Shown here one piece after another: positions 25,452-39,900 of a stretch of DNA of 64,000 nt. Under the pieces are notes generated by a model that saw only the letters and a list, made by a program, of their open reading frames with translations, did not search any database and was not told the DNA's origin. Location: NCBI GenBank assembly GCA_028534125.1, contig CM052817.1:35218001-35282000 (forward strand). Reading direction: 5' to 3'. How positions within the stretch are numbered: the first letter of the stretch is position 1; each line of letters begins with the position of its first letter. The stretch is from Lama glama. Taxonomy: Eukaryota. The position numbers were made by a program, and so were the translations under genes.

Positions 25452-27872
25452 CTGAAGGGTGATAAAGGCAAAAGTAATTCATTCACCTCATTTCAACAAT
25501 TCTGTAGATTAAATTTTTATAAAATTCTTAATAAAATGTGAGAGATGTAAGCTATTGAATGGTAGCTATACATAAAGAAAATAATGGCTTTCTCTGAAAA
25601 GTAGCACTCAGATTAGACCTCTGTTCCAGTAGTAAAATCTAGCATAAAATGTACAAGAGTGTCATTATTACATGTCTTACTACTATTACTGCTATGCATA
25701 TTATGAAGTAAAAGTCATTTTGAACCCATTCAAAACATACTAATATGTTCAGAGACACTGAGTTCAAAGATAAAACTGCATTGAGTTTTCAATGTACCTT
25801 GTTAAAAATTGTATCTATTTCTAGTTTCCTAATGTAGGAAGAAGGAAAGAAGTACACTGAGAGGAAAATTTTATGTGCAACAATTTAAATTAAAGCTTTA
25901 AATAAAAAAGCTTGTGTGTCTACTCTGTAGATATGTACTATTTGCTTATTTCAAAGCAACTACTGATAAACCTGTCAGTCAATATTTTGAAGAAAACACA
26001 CACGGAAGAAAAGGCATAAGTCTGAAGTAGTGTTTACAAATCCATACTAATAGCAGTATAATAAAAAAAATCAAATAAAGAGTGGGCATATTCATGAAAT
26101 AAGACTTGTAACCTCAATTCTGTCCCTGATTTAGACAAAATCACTTTAACTTTTTTTTGGTTCATACAGAAAATAAAAGGAGGTGGGTAATAACATTTGC
26201 CTCTTTGTACATTTTAGAAATCCAAAGATGAGAATATATTCAAATTATTTTATAAATAAAAAATATTAAGTGAACTTAAAGATTTCACCACAAAGTAAAT
26301 GTCACACAGAGCAAAAGAAACTGCCAGGCTACAATGGGCCAACTTATGTTAGAGCTAGTACACTCTCAAGTCCACAAAATAATCCCCCATATCAAAAACA
26401 CAGTAGAAGCTGTGCCATAGTCACTTGTGGATACTTAAAAAATAGAGACTATAACCCCAACGAAAGATCTAATATATCCCAGATGGAGCCTACCATAACG
26501 ATCAAGAAGCTCAAGCTGGAACTTCTATACAGTGGAAATTGGGTTATGTAAAAGATCTTGTTTTTATAGAAAAAGCAGGGGTTTCTTTCAATTTTCATAA
26601 CCACAATACAAGTTATTATAGAGTTGGCTAAAAACTGGTAACATTTTCAAATTGGGGAAGGAGGATGGCAAAAGTAAAACAATGGTTGGATAGAATCTTT
26701 TCTATCTGCTATAGCATCATTTAAAAATTAAGAAACCCATGGCTTGACAATGAAAACAGAACTAGTTTTCAACACGAGTTGAATGACGTTTAAAATTTTA
26801 CTCCAGTTGTTACCACATACTACACCTTTGAGAAAGATAAGTAAAACAGAAACAGAAATTCTTACCTGTTCTCCAAAGTGAGTAAAGCAAAGTAAATTCC
26901 CATCTACACAGCCAATACAAATATACTGTAGGCAACACTGCGGGGAAGAAAAGAGTGGCTTTCCACAGGAATATTCCCAAACTCTGTTCCCAGTAGCCTG
27001 TCATGGGCAAAAAGCGATTCATAGCATTTAAATCATTCTATTAATCAATTACCCTTTATAAAACAAACTCATAAATCTCCTAGAGGTAAAGCTAGAAACA
27101 TCAGAAAATGCTATAATGGCATGCTGACATTATAAATAAAGCTAGTACACATATACACACCTATAAAATTAATAAGTACCATTTATGAGAGCTAAGATAA
27201 AAACAATACAACCAGGAAAGAAATAAAGAGCACATAAACTCTGTCCTTACAATGGACACAAAGTTCTTGATGGGACTGAGAACATTCTGTCAATTAAAAA
27301 ATTGATAAAAGACATACACAGAACTTAGATTTTCTCATCTTTTTAGACTTCATGTCAATCATTTTTAATGAATTCTGATTCAGTAACATATGAACTATAT
27401 CTAATTGAAATCTGCTTCAAATTTTCAGAATTCAAAGCAAAAATTTAAAAATATTAAAGAAAATAGGTAATAAAATCAATAACCACTACTTTATGCCTAC
27501 AGGATTTATAGCCAGTAAAAGTCCTCCCAGTGTAGCAAAATACAAATGATGTGGAATCAGGCTCAAACAAGGAGAAGAAAAAACCGTTCCTCCGCATTTC
27601 AACTTCCAAACACACTTCTTTTTCTGCAAATAAGAAAGTAAATTAAAAAAAAAAAAAGCAAATTAATGGGCTTCTGCTGGTGGTTAACATATCCACATAT
27701 CCTATCCTTCCTGATCTTATGTCTATTTAGTTAATATGATTTTTATTTTTAGTATAAAAAACATACTCACTGTGGAGAATCAAGTTAGTATAAAGGAATT
27801 GACAAAGACCACCACCCAGAAATAACCACTGTTAACATTTTAGCATTTTCCCTTGTGATCTTTTCAGTGTGT

Positions 27873-27903
<31 letters not shown>

Positions 27904-30900
27904 AATATACTTGAGATCATTCTGAATATACTTTGTATCTAATTTACCTCACTTATTTTGTAAAACTCTTTAAATATTACTTTAATCCTGTATGAACATA
28001 AAATAATTTCTCTCTCCACCTTATCACTGAAAATTGTTTGGAACTAATTTCTTGTATTATAAAAAACTTGGAAATAGACATATTGGTGCATGTATTTGTC
28101 CATGTTTCTTATTATTTTGCCAGGATAGATTCCTGGAAGAAGAATTTTACTAAATCAAAGGATAAGAAACTGCTACATGAAGTCAAAACTGTTTTCCTTA
28201 GAGGCTTATCTCCCACTACTCTCATCAGCATTTAATGTTATCATTCTAATCTAATTATCATTTGCTTCTCTATCTCAAAGTTTTAAATTTTCATTCCTTT
28301 GATTCTTAAAGGCATGAAACATTTAAACATTTACTAGCCATTTCTTCTTTGAGGTCCTGTGCATTTATATCCCTCACTTATTTTTCTCTCTGGGCCTTTA
28401 TATTTTTGTTATTAATTTGTATTTGATCTTAATTTCATGTACATTTAAAAATATGAGTTTTAACTGTCACATTACTTACAAAAGTTTTCCCCAACTTCTT
28501 TTTAATTTTATAATTCTTAAATTTTATGTAATCAGGTCTTACCAATAGTTTTCTTTGTGATACTTCTCAATTATCAAGATGGTAAATTCTGAGTTCTTTA
28601 TATTTCAAGACTCTATGAGTAGTAAATTTATCTTTGAAAATTTGGTAAGAAAGTTAAAAATATCTTAAGACTTTAAGGGGTCTTAGGATATGTCTTAATC
28701 TTTCCAGGTCACAAACTTGGGAAAGTTAATACTTGTTCCCTAGTCAACACCACCTGACAGTCTCACACTCTTCTATCAACATTTATGGTATGAAATTGAT
28801 GAAGTGATTTCTTACATAAATATCCAAAGCATATGCATGCTGGTCATGAGATCCAATGTAAAGAAGTCCTGTGGTTGGATCCATAGTTGCTGAGCTTTTG
28901 ACAGCATCCTCAGTAGTAAACATCCAGTATTGTTCTCCACTATTACTTTTCAAAACATAAACTAACCCATTGTAACAGCCTGTTGGGAAATAAAATATAA
29001 AAGATGAGATGTAGATATGTCACTGGAAAATAATTCTTTGGCCTAAATCATGGTAATATATATATTCGATGTTCTTCACGTGTATTTGGGCTCTGTTTGG
29101 CTCAGATGTGCATTTCAGCAAAGCAGAAACTGAACAGTAATCACTTGTGTAGAAACCTATTTAGCAGGTATAACCTAAATTTTAAAAGTACTATAAAGCG
29201 CTTCACTACTGAGAAAACAATGAACAGAAAGCACAATGCAGCAGAAAGAGGATTTAACAGACCTAGAGTCAGATCTCCTCATAGACATCCTTTGAGCAAA
29301 TTACCCAGCATCACTGGGCCTCAGATTATTTTTCTGCTGAATGTGGATACATCTACATCCAGGGTTATTGTGATAATTGGGATAAATGCCTAGCACGTAA
29401 AAGGTGTTCAAGAAATGCTAACATTAACAGGAGCCAATGTTTATTGACCTTTCATCTCGTGAAGGGTACTACTCTAAGAATCTGGTATGTATTAACTCAT
29501 GTAATCCTCACAGTGAAGTGCTACTGTATGCACATTTTATAGATGATAAAACTGAAGCACAGAGAGTTAAGCTACAACAGGGTTAAGGGCAAAACTACTC
29601 AGCTAGTAAGTGGCAGAGCCAAGATTTGAATCTGAGAAGTCTACTTAGTGATGATGAAGACAAATGTCCTACATAGTGGAGCACAACAGCACTCAACTAG
29701 GTAGTGAAAAAGTTCTTTCAGTTCAGCTCCAGAAGAAAAATCTTTGTGACCTTGGTTTAAGCCAAGATTTCTCGAATATGACATCAAAAGCATGATCCAT
29801 AAAAGAAAAAAATTAAGTGGACTTTGCTGAAATTAAAAAAAACTTCTCTTAAAATACAGTTAAGAGAATTAAAAAACAAGCCACAAACTAGAAGAAAACG
29901 TGCAAAACATACATCTGATAAAGAATTTGTATCCAGAATACATAAAGAATTCTCAAAACTCAGTAAGAAACATAACAATAAAAAAAAGGGCAAAAGATCT
30001 GAACAGATACTTCATAAAAGATATACAGATGGCAAATAAGCTCATAAAAAGAGGTAAAACATCACTAGTCACCAGGGAAATGAAATTAAAACCACAATGA
30101 GATACTACTCCATAACTAAATAGTTAAAATCTTTTAAAAATTTAACTGACAATACAAAATGCTGACAAGGATGTGGAGCAACTGGACCTCTCATACATTG
30201 ATGGTGGAATGCCAAGTAGTTCACCTACTTTGGAAAATAGTTTGGCTATTTCTTATAAAGTTAAACCTACACTTATCATACAACCTCCCTTTCCTAGATA
30301 TTGAGCTAAGTGAAATAAATACTTACATTCACACAAAATCCTATTAACAGATAGCAGTCTTACTCATAATTATCAAACCCCAGAAATAACCCAAATGTGA
30401 GTGGATAAATAAACTGTGGTACATTCACACAATGGAATACTCAGCAAAATAAACCACTGATGCATGCATAAAATGGATGAATCTCCAACACAGTATACTA
30501 AGTAAATGAAGTCAGACTCAAAGCTACATATCGCATGATTCCATTTATATGACTTCCTGCAAAGAGTAAAATTATAGGGACAGAAAATAGATCAGTGGTT
30601 GGGAGGAGTAGGAACTGGAATGACCATAAAGCACAGGAATTTTCTGGATTAATGAACTCCTGATTGTTGTAGTAGCAATACGACAGTATGCATCTGTCAA
30701 AACAAAGTCAACTGTATACTAAAAAGGGTGACTTTTACTGTATATAGATTATAATTTAAACATTTTTCTATTAATGTAAGTGACCATCATGTACCACAGG
30801 CTTTGGGTCTAGACACCTGCAAACAGTAATCTCAAGGAGCTGACTTTCATGGACAGGGATTACTCATGTTACTCACATATGTACCTGAAAGTTTCCTGTA

Positions 30901-33900
30901 GTATAATTTTCAAAATGTAGGTGTTCAACAGGGAAGGATCAAACTCAGATTCAAGTAGATCTCAGCCAGGGTAACATAAGTAGAGAGATACATTTCTAAG
31001 CACTTAGTCTGAAAACCTTTGGTGAACAGATTCCATGAACACTCAAATGAAGCTTAATGTAGTTTGAAGGGCAAAAAGAGAGTGGTAGTCAAGGAGACAT
31101 TAACCCGGACTCCCATATCTCTGTAAAGTAAAAAGTCATCTACACCTTAACAAAACTGAGCAGCAGGTAGTAGCTAACACTTAATGAGCCCTTAGTCTGT
31201 GTCTAGCAATGTATTAAAGGAGTCGTAAGCAATTATCTCATTTAATCCTCTCAAAAGCTCTGATTATTGTGGTGGTTTTAAAATACGTCCACAAATTCTT
31301 TGATACTCTTCCTCTCAAGAGGTGGAGCCTAATTCCCCTTCCCTTGAGTGTGGGCCAGTCTTAACGATGTGCTTCTAGTAACAGAATAAAGCAGAAGTGA
31401 CGGCATACAATTTTGGACACTAAGTCATAAAAGTACTGCATTCCTCCTTACTTACTCTCTGAGATCACTCCCTCTCAGGAAAGTTACCTGCCACGTTGTG
31501 AGTGCATTCAAGCAGCCTATGGAGAAGGCCACGTGGCAAGACACTGAAGCTTCCTCCCAAGAACCAGCAAAGAGCTGAAGTCTTCTGTTAGCAGCAATGT
31601 GAGTCATCTTGGAAGCAGATTTTTCCAGCTCAAGTCAAGCCTTCAGGCGGTTGCAGCCACATGAGAGACCCTGAGCCAGAACTTTTAGTTAAGCTCCTCC
31701 TGAATTCCTGACCCACAGTTACTGAGATAATAAATGTTTAATACTATAAGCCATTAAGTTTGGGGATAATTTGTGAAGCAGCACCATCTTTTATATATTA
31801 TGCCCATATACTCATGAGAGAAATGAAGTTGTAAGAAGTTAAGCAACTTATTGAAGGTCACAGAGCTGGTAATGGCTTTGAAGTTAGGGCCAAATCCAGA
31901 AACTCTGACCCAAGGCTCACACTGTGAATCAGCATTTAGTTAACTATTATTCCTTGACAGCAACCAAACCTACCATACATGGTTTAATTTAAATTGGTCC
32001 TACTAGCATTTTCACATGGTAATTAAATTTAACTCTTAAACCTCAAATTCAGAAACTTACCCACTACAACAAAGTTTCCACACTTAGATACACATGCTGA
32101 GGATTCAATTCGATCTCCCAAAGTCTGTTCCCATTTCACCTTCCCAGAGTAAAGGTCAACTGCCATCATTCTGTGAGAATGGGAGCCAATGTACACAGTC
32201 GCAGATGACTTATCAACAGCTGGTATTACAACCAGAGGAGAAGCATCCACACATTTGCCTGTGTCTGACCTCCACCTCACACGAAACTCCATTTTCTCAG
32301 CCCCCATCACAGGTGTTTCCTCTTCAGGAACTTTTGCAATACAGGATGGATCTTTTGACGTCCCAATAAGAGCTGGAGGATTTAAGCTTTTTGTATTTTG
32401 AATGTTAGTTTGTGAAATTAAATCAGAAGAACAGGCTGAAGGGCAATGTTCCAACGTAGTTAAAAACCTAGTAGTATTCAGAGACAAAATTTGACTCCCT
32501 CTGCTCAGTGCAATAAAAGCATTTATCTCACTGTCACACTTTAAAGACATGATAGATTCCTGACGTAAAGATTTTCCATTGTTTTCCTCTTGATTAACAT
32601 CATTCAGTTTTCTTTTTGTAGCATACTTCTTGATAAATGTCGGATTTTCATCTGGAAACACTGTCTGAAGGATGTGATTGTAAATCTCTAAAATAGAACT
32701 GCTAAGAATAATTTCCAGAAGCCCAGGTACTGATGTGCCAACAAGGTTTTCAATCTCACTGAGGAGCCGTACAGACTTCAAGGAATCTCCACCACTATTT
32801 AAGAAGAGTGACTCATTAGGAACTTTCAGAGGATCTTCTGAGAAATTCAGAACAGACTACGGATTAGAGAAGAAATATGGTGAAGTTAAAGGCCTAAAAC
32901 CAGAAGAATTCGGCATTTACAGATAATATATAGATGACAGTACCTACATTAATGAGATGAACATAAGACACACAAAATAAATATTTTTAATAATTAAAAT
33001 AAACTTTAAAATTATTTTCTGTATAGTAAAGGAGACCATCATTATGCTACCAATTTTGTCACAAACCTACCCCAGAATTGCAAACTATACTTTCCTTCTG
33101 AGCAATTTTTCTACCCATACAATAGGGAGTGGAATTATAAAGACATCTGATTTACTAATTATAAAGCCCACAAGATGCTAATATCTAATATTTCTATAAT
33201 ATGGGAATAATTATCTTCATCAACTTCACATAAATCACAATTATTTCCAAGTATCTAAAAATGAAGTAAGTAAGACTTTTATCTAGATATCCTCTATTTT
33301 CAGATAAGACTATATAATTACATCCTCTTTTTAGAACGCTTTAGAAAATTCCATATTTTATCTAAGAAAAATTATATTGAACCTATCAACCACAGATAAT
33401 AAAAAATATATATTTCAAAATAAATTTTAATTATATATAAATTGTATATATATCAATTATACATATATATATGTATGTATATACATATCTCAATTCCCTT
33501 AAGCAGAAACATATGTGCTGTTATTGACAGTTCTTCTGGAATAATGGTGTTAAGACTATTCCACAGACAGTGGTACAGCAAGATGTGGCATATTTTCTTA
33601 ACTCTGACAAGTGCTACTGCACTCCACTGCTCCTCTTAGGGAAAAGTTATGTCAAGATAGGTTTTGTCTACTTGTGCCTTTTATGACTACCTCACTTCCA
33701 ATAAATTTCTATATGGGGAGCTTAATCTAACTATACAGTAGAGAAACTAACTCTTATTTTAATACAAACTGAATAAATGAAGCTATACTACTTAACATCT
33801 GGACAGCAGTAACATTCTTAGAAAATTTTATCAGGCTTATTAAGATGCTATCATTCCCTGAAAATACACAATGACCTCCTTATAATAACAAATTTATATC

Positions 33901-36900
33901 TTAGAAGTTGTACCTTGGGGGAGGGTACAGCTCAAGAGGTAGAGTGCATGCTTAGCATGCATGAGGTCCTGAGTTCAATCCCCGGTACCTCCTCTAAAAA
34001 TAAATAAATTACCTCCCCTGGCCCCTACCCCCCAAAAAATAAAAAAAGTTGTACCTTCCACAAATGCTGTAATTTTTCCCACAGTTCGTCTTTGCCATTG
34101 AGCTTCCATTCAGACTTTAAGTTTATGTAGTTTAAATAAATCTTATTTAACTCAGAAACATCAATTTTGCCTTAAAATAAAAGAGAAATAACAATTTTAA
34201 AATTTCAACTTGAACCCTTCATATCTTCGTTAGTCACAATACACACACTTCTCACTGTAAGGTTAGAAATACTACAGAATAGTTTGTCTCAGACAATCAC
34301 TAATACAGAAAGCAGTGCCATGCTACCGAGAATGTAGTGGGTAACAGATAAGAAGAAAGCAGAGGCTAATGTTGATCTCATTTAAAGAGTTAAAGAAATG
34401 GTACTATTAACTGAGCAAGTACAGCATTTTGAAATAAATATTAAATAAAGATGAAACTGGGAAGGTAACAGAATATGGTGATTACACTTGATCTTAGCCA
34501 AAAGGCCGAGAAGCGATTAGAATATGGTGATTAAGCGCACGTGTTTTGAAGTCACACAGTCCTAGACAGAATTCCAACTCTACTACTAACTAGCAATGTG
34601 ATTTGGGGAAATTTACTTAACTTCTTATGCCTTATTTTCACATCAGTAAATGGGAATAATACCACCTACTCACAGGATTTTCTGGAGATAAAATTAGTTA
34701 TACAAAGCATTTGACAGAGGTCCTACCACAATACATATTAACATTACTTATAAGGACTTAAGTGGCCTTTAAACTAGTTATGAATACAGTTAGTATCATT
34801 TGGCACCGAAACAGCTGCATCAAACTATTTTACCGTGAGATGTAAGTGGTAGAGAATCAATCAACACAAGCTCATCCGGGATTGCATGACTTGGAAGATG
34901 CTTCTGCAGTTCTTTAAAGATACAATCCTTTACTAAATCCTTTTTGGACACCATGAACAGAATTAATTTTTCCTGATTATACCATGTAACTGCACAAGAC
35001 TCCACTTCCTGAAGACCTTCAGCAATCTATAAAAGAGGTTATCCCAATTAGCCAGTGAGGACATTTTTAAAAACAAACTTTCTAAATGCTCAAACTTACC
35101 ATGTCTGAAATCAATACAGTCAAATTAAATTCTGGAATACACTGGAGATTTTTTTAAAAAACTGTCTGCTGCTATCACTATTACCAGCACACAGGGTTCT
35201 TAATGTTTTCCAAAATAATAGACCCTACAGCAAAATAAACCAATTTATTTTCACAGTTATCAGAATCTATTTTGTTACTTATTTAAAAGACAACTCTCTC
35301 TTCATGTTGAGAATGGAGTGCAAAATGAATTATCTATATTGTCTATTGTAATTCATCACTAAAACAAAAATCATAGGCTTAGCAACATTTATACTTATAG
35401 AGAACCCTGGCACAGAAAACTAGTGATAGCTGCCTCAAATATCTACAGCTATTAATAGATATTTAATATTTAAATAGTTCTACCTGTTGCACAAGTTCAA
35501 CGTTAAGACGTTTGCCATGACGTTTGATCTGACTGTCCTTTCGTCCCAAGAAAAATATCTCTCCATCTTTCACAGTCACAAAGTCTCCTGTAGCCCGCAT
35601 TGTGCCAAGTGGTACTGTCACTTCATCATCGAGAAAACACACTCTATATCTGCCACCTTCACAAGATATAAACAAGCAATAAAAAATAATTAATAAAAAA
35701 TTCACAGAAAATATAATAAAATCATCAAATCAAAACATCTCCAAAAGTTCAGTTACTAAGGTTCAAAGTTTGAATAGTTATATAAAAAGGGGGACTCACT
35801 TTCAAATGTTATCTAATAAAATTACACATAATACTAACCTTGGTAAAATAAGCAAAGAGATAATACAAAATTCATTTCTAAAAACATATATGTGATTAAA
35901 AACATTAGAATACTTATTAAATAGAATTTTGGCTATAAATAGAAATATAAAGATCCAAGTTAGTTTCTAAATTACTTTTACATTTTTCCTCAGCATATTA
36001 GACATTGTTATCTGAAATAATTATGGTAACTTATTAAATGTTTCATGACTATAAGAATGAGATTAAAAATTACCATCGCCAAAAAGAATACTAGACTTAA
36101 GAAAAATTGGGGAAAGAATAAAATTAACACATCAGATCTTTTTTCTTGAAAAAAAAATTATTCCCAGTCAACAAATATATAACAACCTAAAAATACTTGG
36201 CCAATGCCTTCTTGAATTGTGAAACCATTAGTATCTCTGACTTCAACTACTGTTCCAAGCAGTGGAAATCCCAGCTGTACAGGCAATTCACATCTATGAA
36301 AACACAACAACCCAAACCAGATTTAAAATTTTTCATTTGAATAGAGTATTTCCCAATGTATTTAAATCACACTGAACTGAATAAAGAAAAAAAATGTTTT
36401 GCTATGCTACCATTCAAAGACTGCTAAGAGTTAAAGGTTAGGTGGAAAGGCTATCGTGTTATTTATTGCTGTTTAGTTACAAAAAGTTCTAGCAGGATCT
36501 ATAGCACCAGTTATAAGAAAGGTTCTGAATTCCCAGCTTAAAATTCAAGATAAAATATTTGCGTTTCTAAAATAATTACCCCAGTCCCTATAAAAAACAA
36601 TATTTGTATTCAGATACTGGAAAAATACAGTTTCTCTCTACCTAACTTAGTAACTGAAACCCTTACTTACTTCAAAGTAGAGTTAAGAATCTTCTCTGGA
36701 ATTCTGTAAAAAGTTGCCCAACTTGACACCTCTGTAATACCATAAACATTAAAAATTTGAGTTTTATTGCCTACTTCTCTCCAGCTTTTGAGAGCAGTTA
36801 ATGATGGAAATGCTTCACCACCAAGGGCTAATACTCGAAGGGAAGTATTGGCTGATAAAACAGTTGACTTGATAAGCTGAGATCCAAATCTTCTAAGCAG

Positions 36901-39900
36901 TGTCGGTGTTGCCTGCAGATACATTAAAAACAAATTATTTCTTTCTCTTCACTTCTTTAAAAAAATGAACAATGTAATGATTAGTCCAAAGCTTAACAAT
37001 GAGAGTTCACATGGAAATTAAGGCTGTGTGTACTTAATGGCAAATCATATTTGAAAAACTACTGAAGCAGCATTATCTTTTTAATGTGGATATAAATTTT
37101 GCTTTAGCAAAAAACTTAACCAAAATATTAATTGTTTCATTACAGTTTAGACAAACTTAAAGATCAAAAGGACAAAATCCATAAATCAATTTAATTTCCT
37201 TTTCCATTATTTCTATGTAGACAAAGTATATAAGAGGGTTAAAAAAAGTGCCTAAATAAAATCAAATGAATAAAGATTAAAAAAAAACCTCTATCAAGAT
37301 AATATAATTGATATACAATAAACTACAAATACTTCAGCGTATATAATGCAAATTTTGAGATATATGATTGGTGAAACCATCCCCTCAATCCAGATAATGT
37401 ACATATCCTTCAACCCTGAAATCACTTATGTACTGTTGTACTTCTTCTCTCCAACTGGACCCCTTCTCCAGACAACCACTGATCTATTTTCTGTCACTAA
37501 TGATCAGCTGACATTTTCTACAATTTTATAAAAATAGAATCATACAATATGTATCCTGTTTTGACCTGGCTTCTTTTACTCTATGCTGAGTAAAAATACT
37601 TTATGGTTCATTTTGTATGTATCAATAGCACACTCTTCTTTGTCCTAGTCTGTTCAGGCTACTAAAAGAAAACACTATAGACTAGGTAGGTTATAGAACA
37701 CAGAAATGTATTCCTCACAGTTCTTCGAGGACGGAGGTCCAAGACTGGGGTGCCAGGCTTCAGATTTCTTGCTGTGTCTTCACAGGGTGGAAGAGGCTAA
37801 GGATCTCTGTGGGCTCCTTTTTTACAAGGGCACTAAATCCCATTCATGAGGGCTCCACTCTCATGACCTAAGCATTCTCAAAGGACCCATATGAATTTTG
37901 GGAGGACATAAACACTCAGACCATAGGACTTTTTATTCCATTGTACAGATCAGGACTAGCTTTTGCATTCCCATGCAAAATTTAGGATCACCTTGTCAAT
38001 TTCTGCCCCAAAAAAGTCTACCAGGATTTTGATAGGGACTATGTTTAATTTATAGACCAATTTGAGGAGAACTGCAATCTTGACAATATTGAGACTTCCA
38101 ATTAATGAACATGAAATGTGTCTTCATTTATTTAGCTCTTTAATTTCTATCAACAATGCCCTGTACACAACATTGTAAAATGATTATAAATCAATAAAAA
38201 ATGTTAAAAAAAATAAGTAAAAAAATAAAATAAAATAAAATTCCTCTATCATGATAATTTGGGGGGATAAGGAAATACCTTTTTAGAAGCGTAATTGGTC
38301 CCAACAGACTTTTAAAAATTTATTGCTTATTTCTATGATTATAAAAATACAGTACTACTTACTGTATGTGAATTATGTCAGTAAAGCTACATTAAAAAGT
38401 AAAAAAAAAAAAAAAAAAAAAAAGCCCTGTAGGCTTTCATTGTACAAGCCTTGTTCATCTTTAAATTTATTCCTATTTTAGATACTACTGTGAATATAAT
38501 TATTTTCTTAATTTCATTTTTGTTTTTTCCCATTATGTAGAAATATAGTTGATTTTGCATATTGCTCTTGTGTCCTCCAACCTTGCTAAAACTTGTGTAC
38601 TAGTTCTAGTAGCTCCCCCATGTTGTCTGCAAATAGAGATTTTTACTTTTTCCTGTCCAATGTGGGTGCTTAATTTCTTTCTTCCTTTTTGCCTTATTGC
38701 ACTGGCTGGAACAACCAGAATAATGTTGAAGAGAAGTGAAAAAGCGAACATCCTTGCCTTGTTCCTAATCTTAGGGTGAAAGCATTCAATCTTTCATCCA
38801 ATAATGATGTTAGCTGTGGCCTTTTTGTAGATGCCCTTCATCATATTGGGGAAGTTCCCTTCTATTCGTGGTTTGTTGAGTTTTTTTTTAATCATTGATG
38901 TTGGATTATGCAAAATAATTTTTCTGCATTTGTTGACATAATTACATATTTTTTGTCCACTATTCTTCATGTGGTGTATAGTAGCATCAATGGATTTTTG
39001 GATGTTAAATCAAATGTGCATTCCTGGGACAAATCCCATCTACTCACATTTGATGAAATAAAACTATTTTTAAAGACAAAAAGAAAAAAATTTTTTAAAC
39101 ATAAAATTCACTCTCTGCTCATTTTGGCTCCAATACCCACCCCTTTTAGTGTGTCATGTGCACCTGCATTCTACATTAACCAGACCTCCTTAGAAGACAC
39201 AGGAACACCTGCTTGAGACTGTGCTAAAACATTAAGCAAGGAGATCAGATTTAAAGAGGTATAATTCACTAATCTGACACAGAAGGAAAGTCTCCTTTCC
39301 TTTAGTAACCATCACTCAAATCTGGGTACTTTGCAAATATTTCCTGAATTTTATAAGAAAGTAAAATTTATATTAAAATCTTAGCCAGATTCACAGAATA
39401 CTTCACCAACAGATGAGAATTTATACCACTGATACCCAGGAAGGCACACTCCTATACACATTTTATTTACATATACATTTATATAGATAAACACACACAC
39501 ACACACACACAGTTTTTTATAGGATGAAAAACACATTGCCTAAAAAGAAAGTCAGCATCAAATTTTCTCTCTGGGGCAGAAATTTAACATCCTCTCAAGT
39601 CTCATTATATCACTTAAAAATCTGATATTTTAAACTTATCATGATATGCATATAATTTTATTAACTCTCTCTAGTATTAATAACCACTTGCAATGTAGTA
39701 TCTTAAAGCCTGTGTATCAATCACATACTTTCAGATACATATTTTTTAAATCTTTAAAAATGCCAAACTTAAAAAATACTTGTTTTTGTAGGTTAACATA
39801 AAATAAACTGATACAAAAATCAGAAAATCTTTAATTTCTAACTCAATTATAATTTAACTTACTTAAACCAGCCTGTAGTGGGAAATGCAATAAACTTAAA

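Noticed and set aside
33914..33993. Possible 80-nt SINE cassette exon using an internal TTTTTAG acceptor
   Set aside because: The upstream intron would be only 61 nt, below the usual mammalian minimum.
33917..33995. tRNA gene
   Set aside because: A and B boxes belong to a SINE with an A-tail and TSD.
34483..34517. Functional U2 snRNA gene
   Set aside because: Only 35 of ~190 nt, no Sm site, bounded by a TSD.
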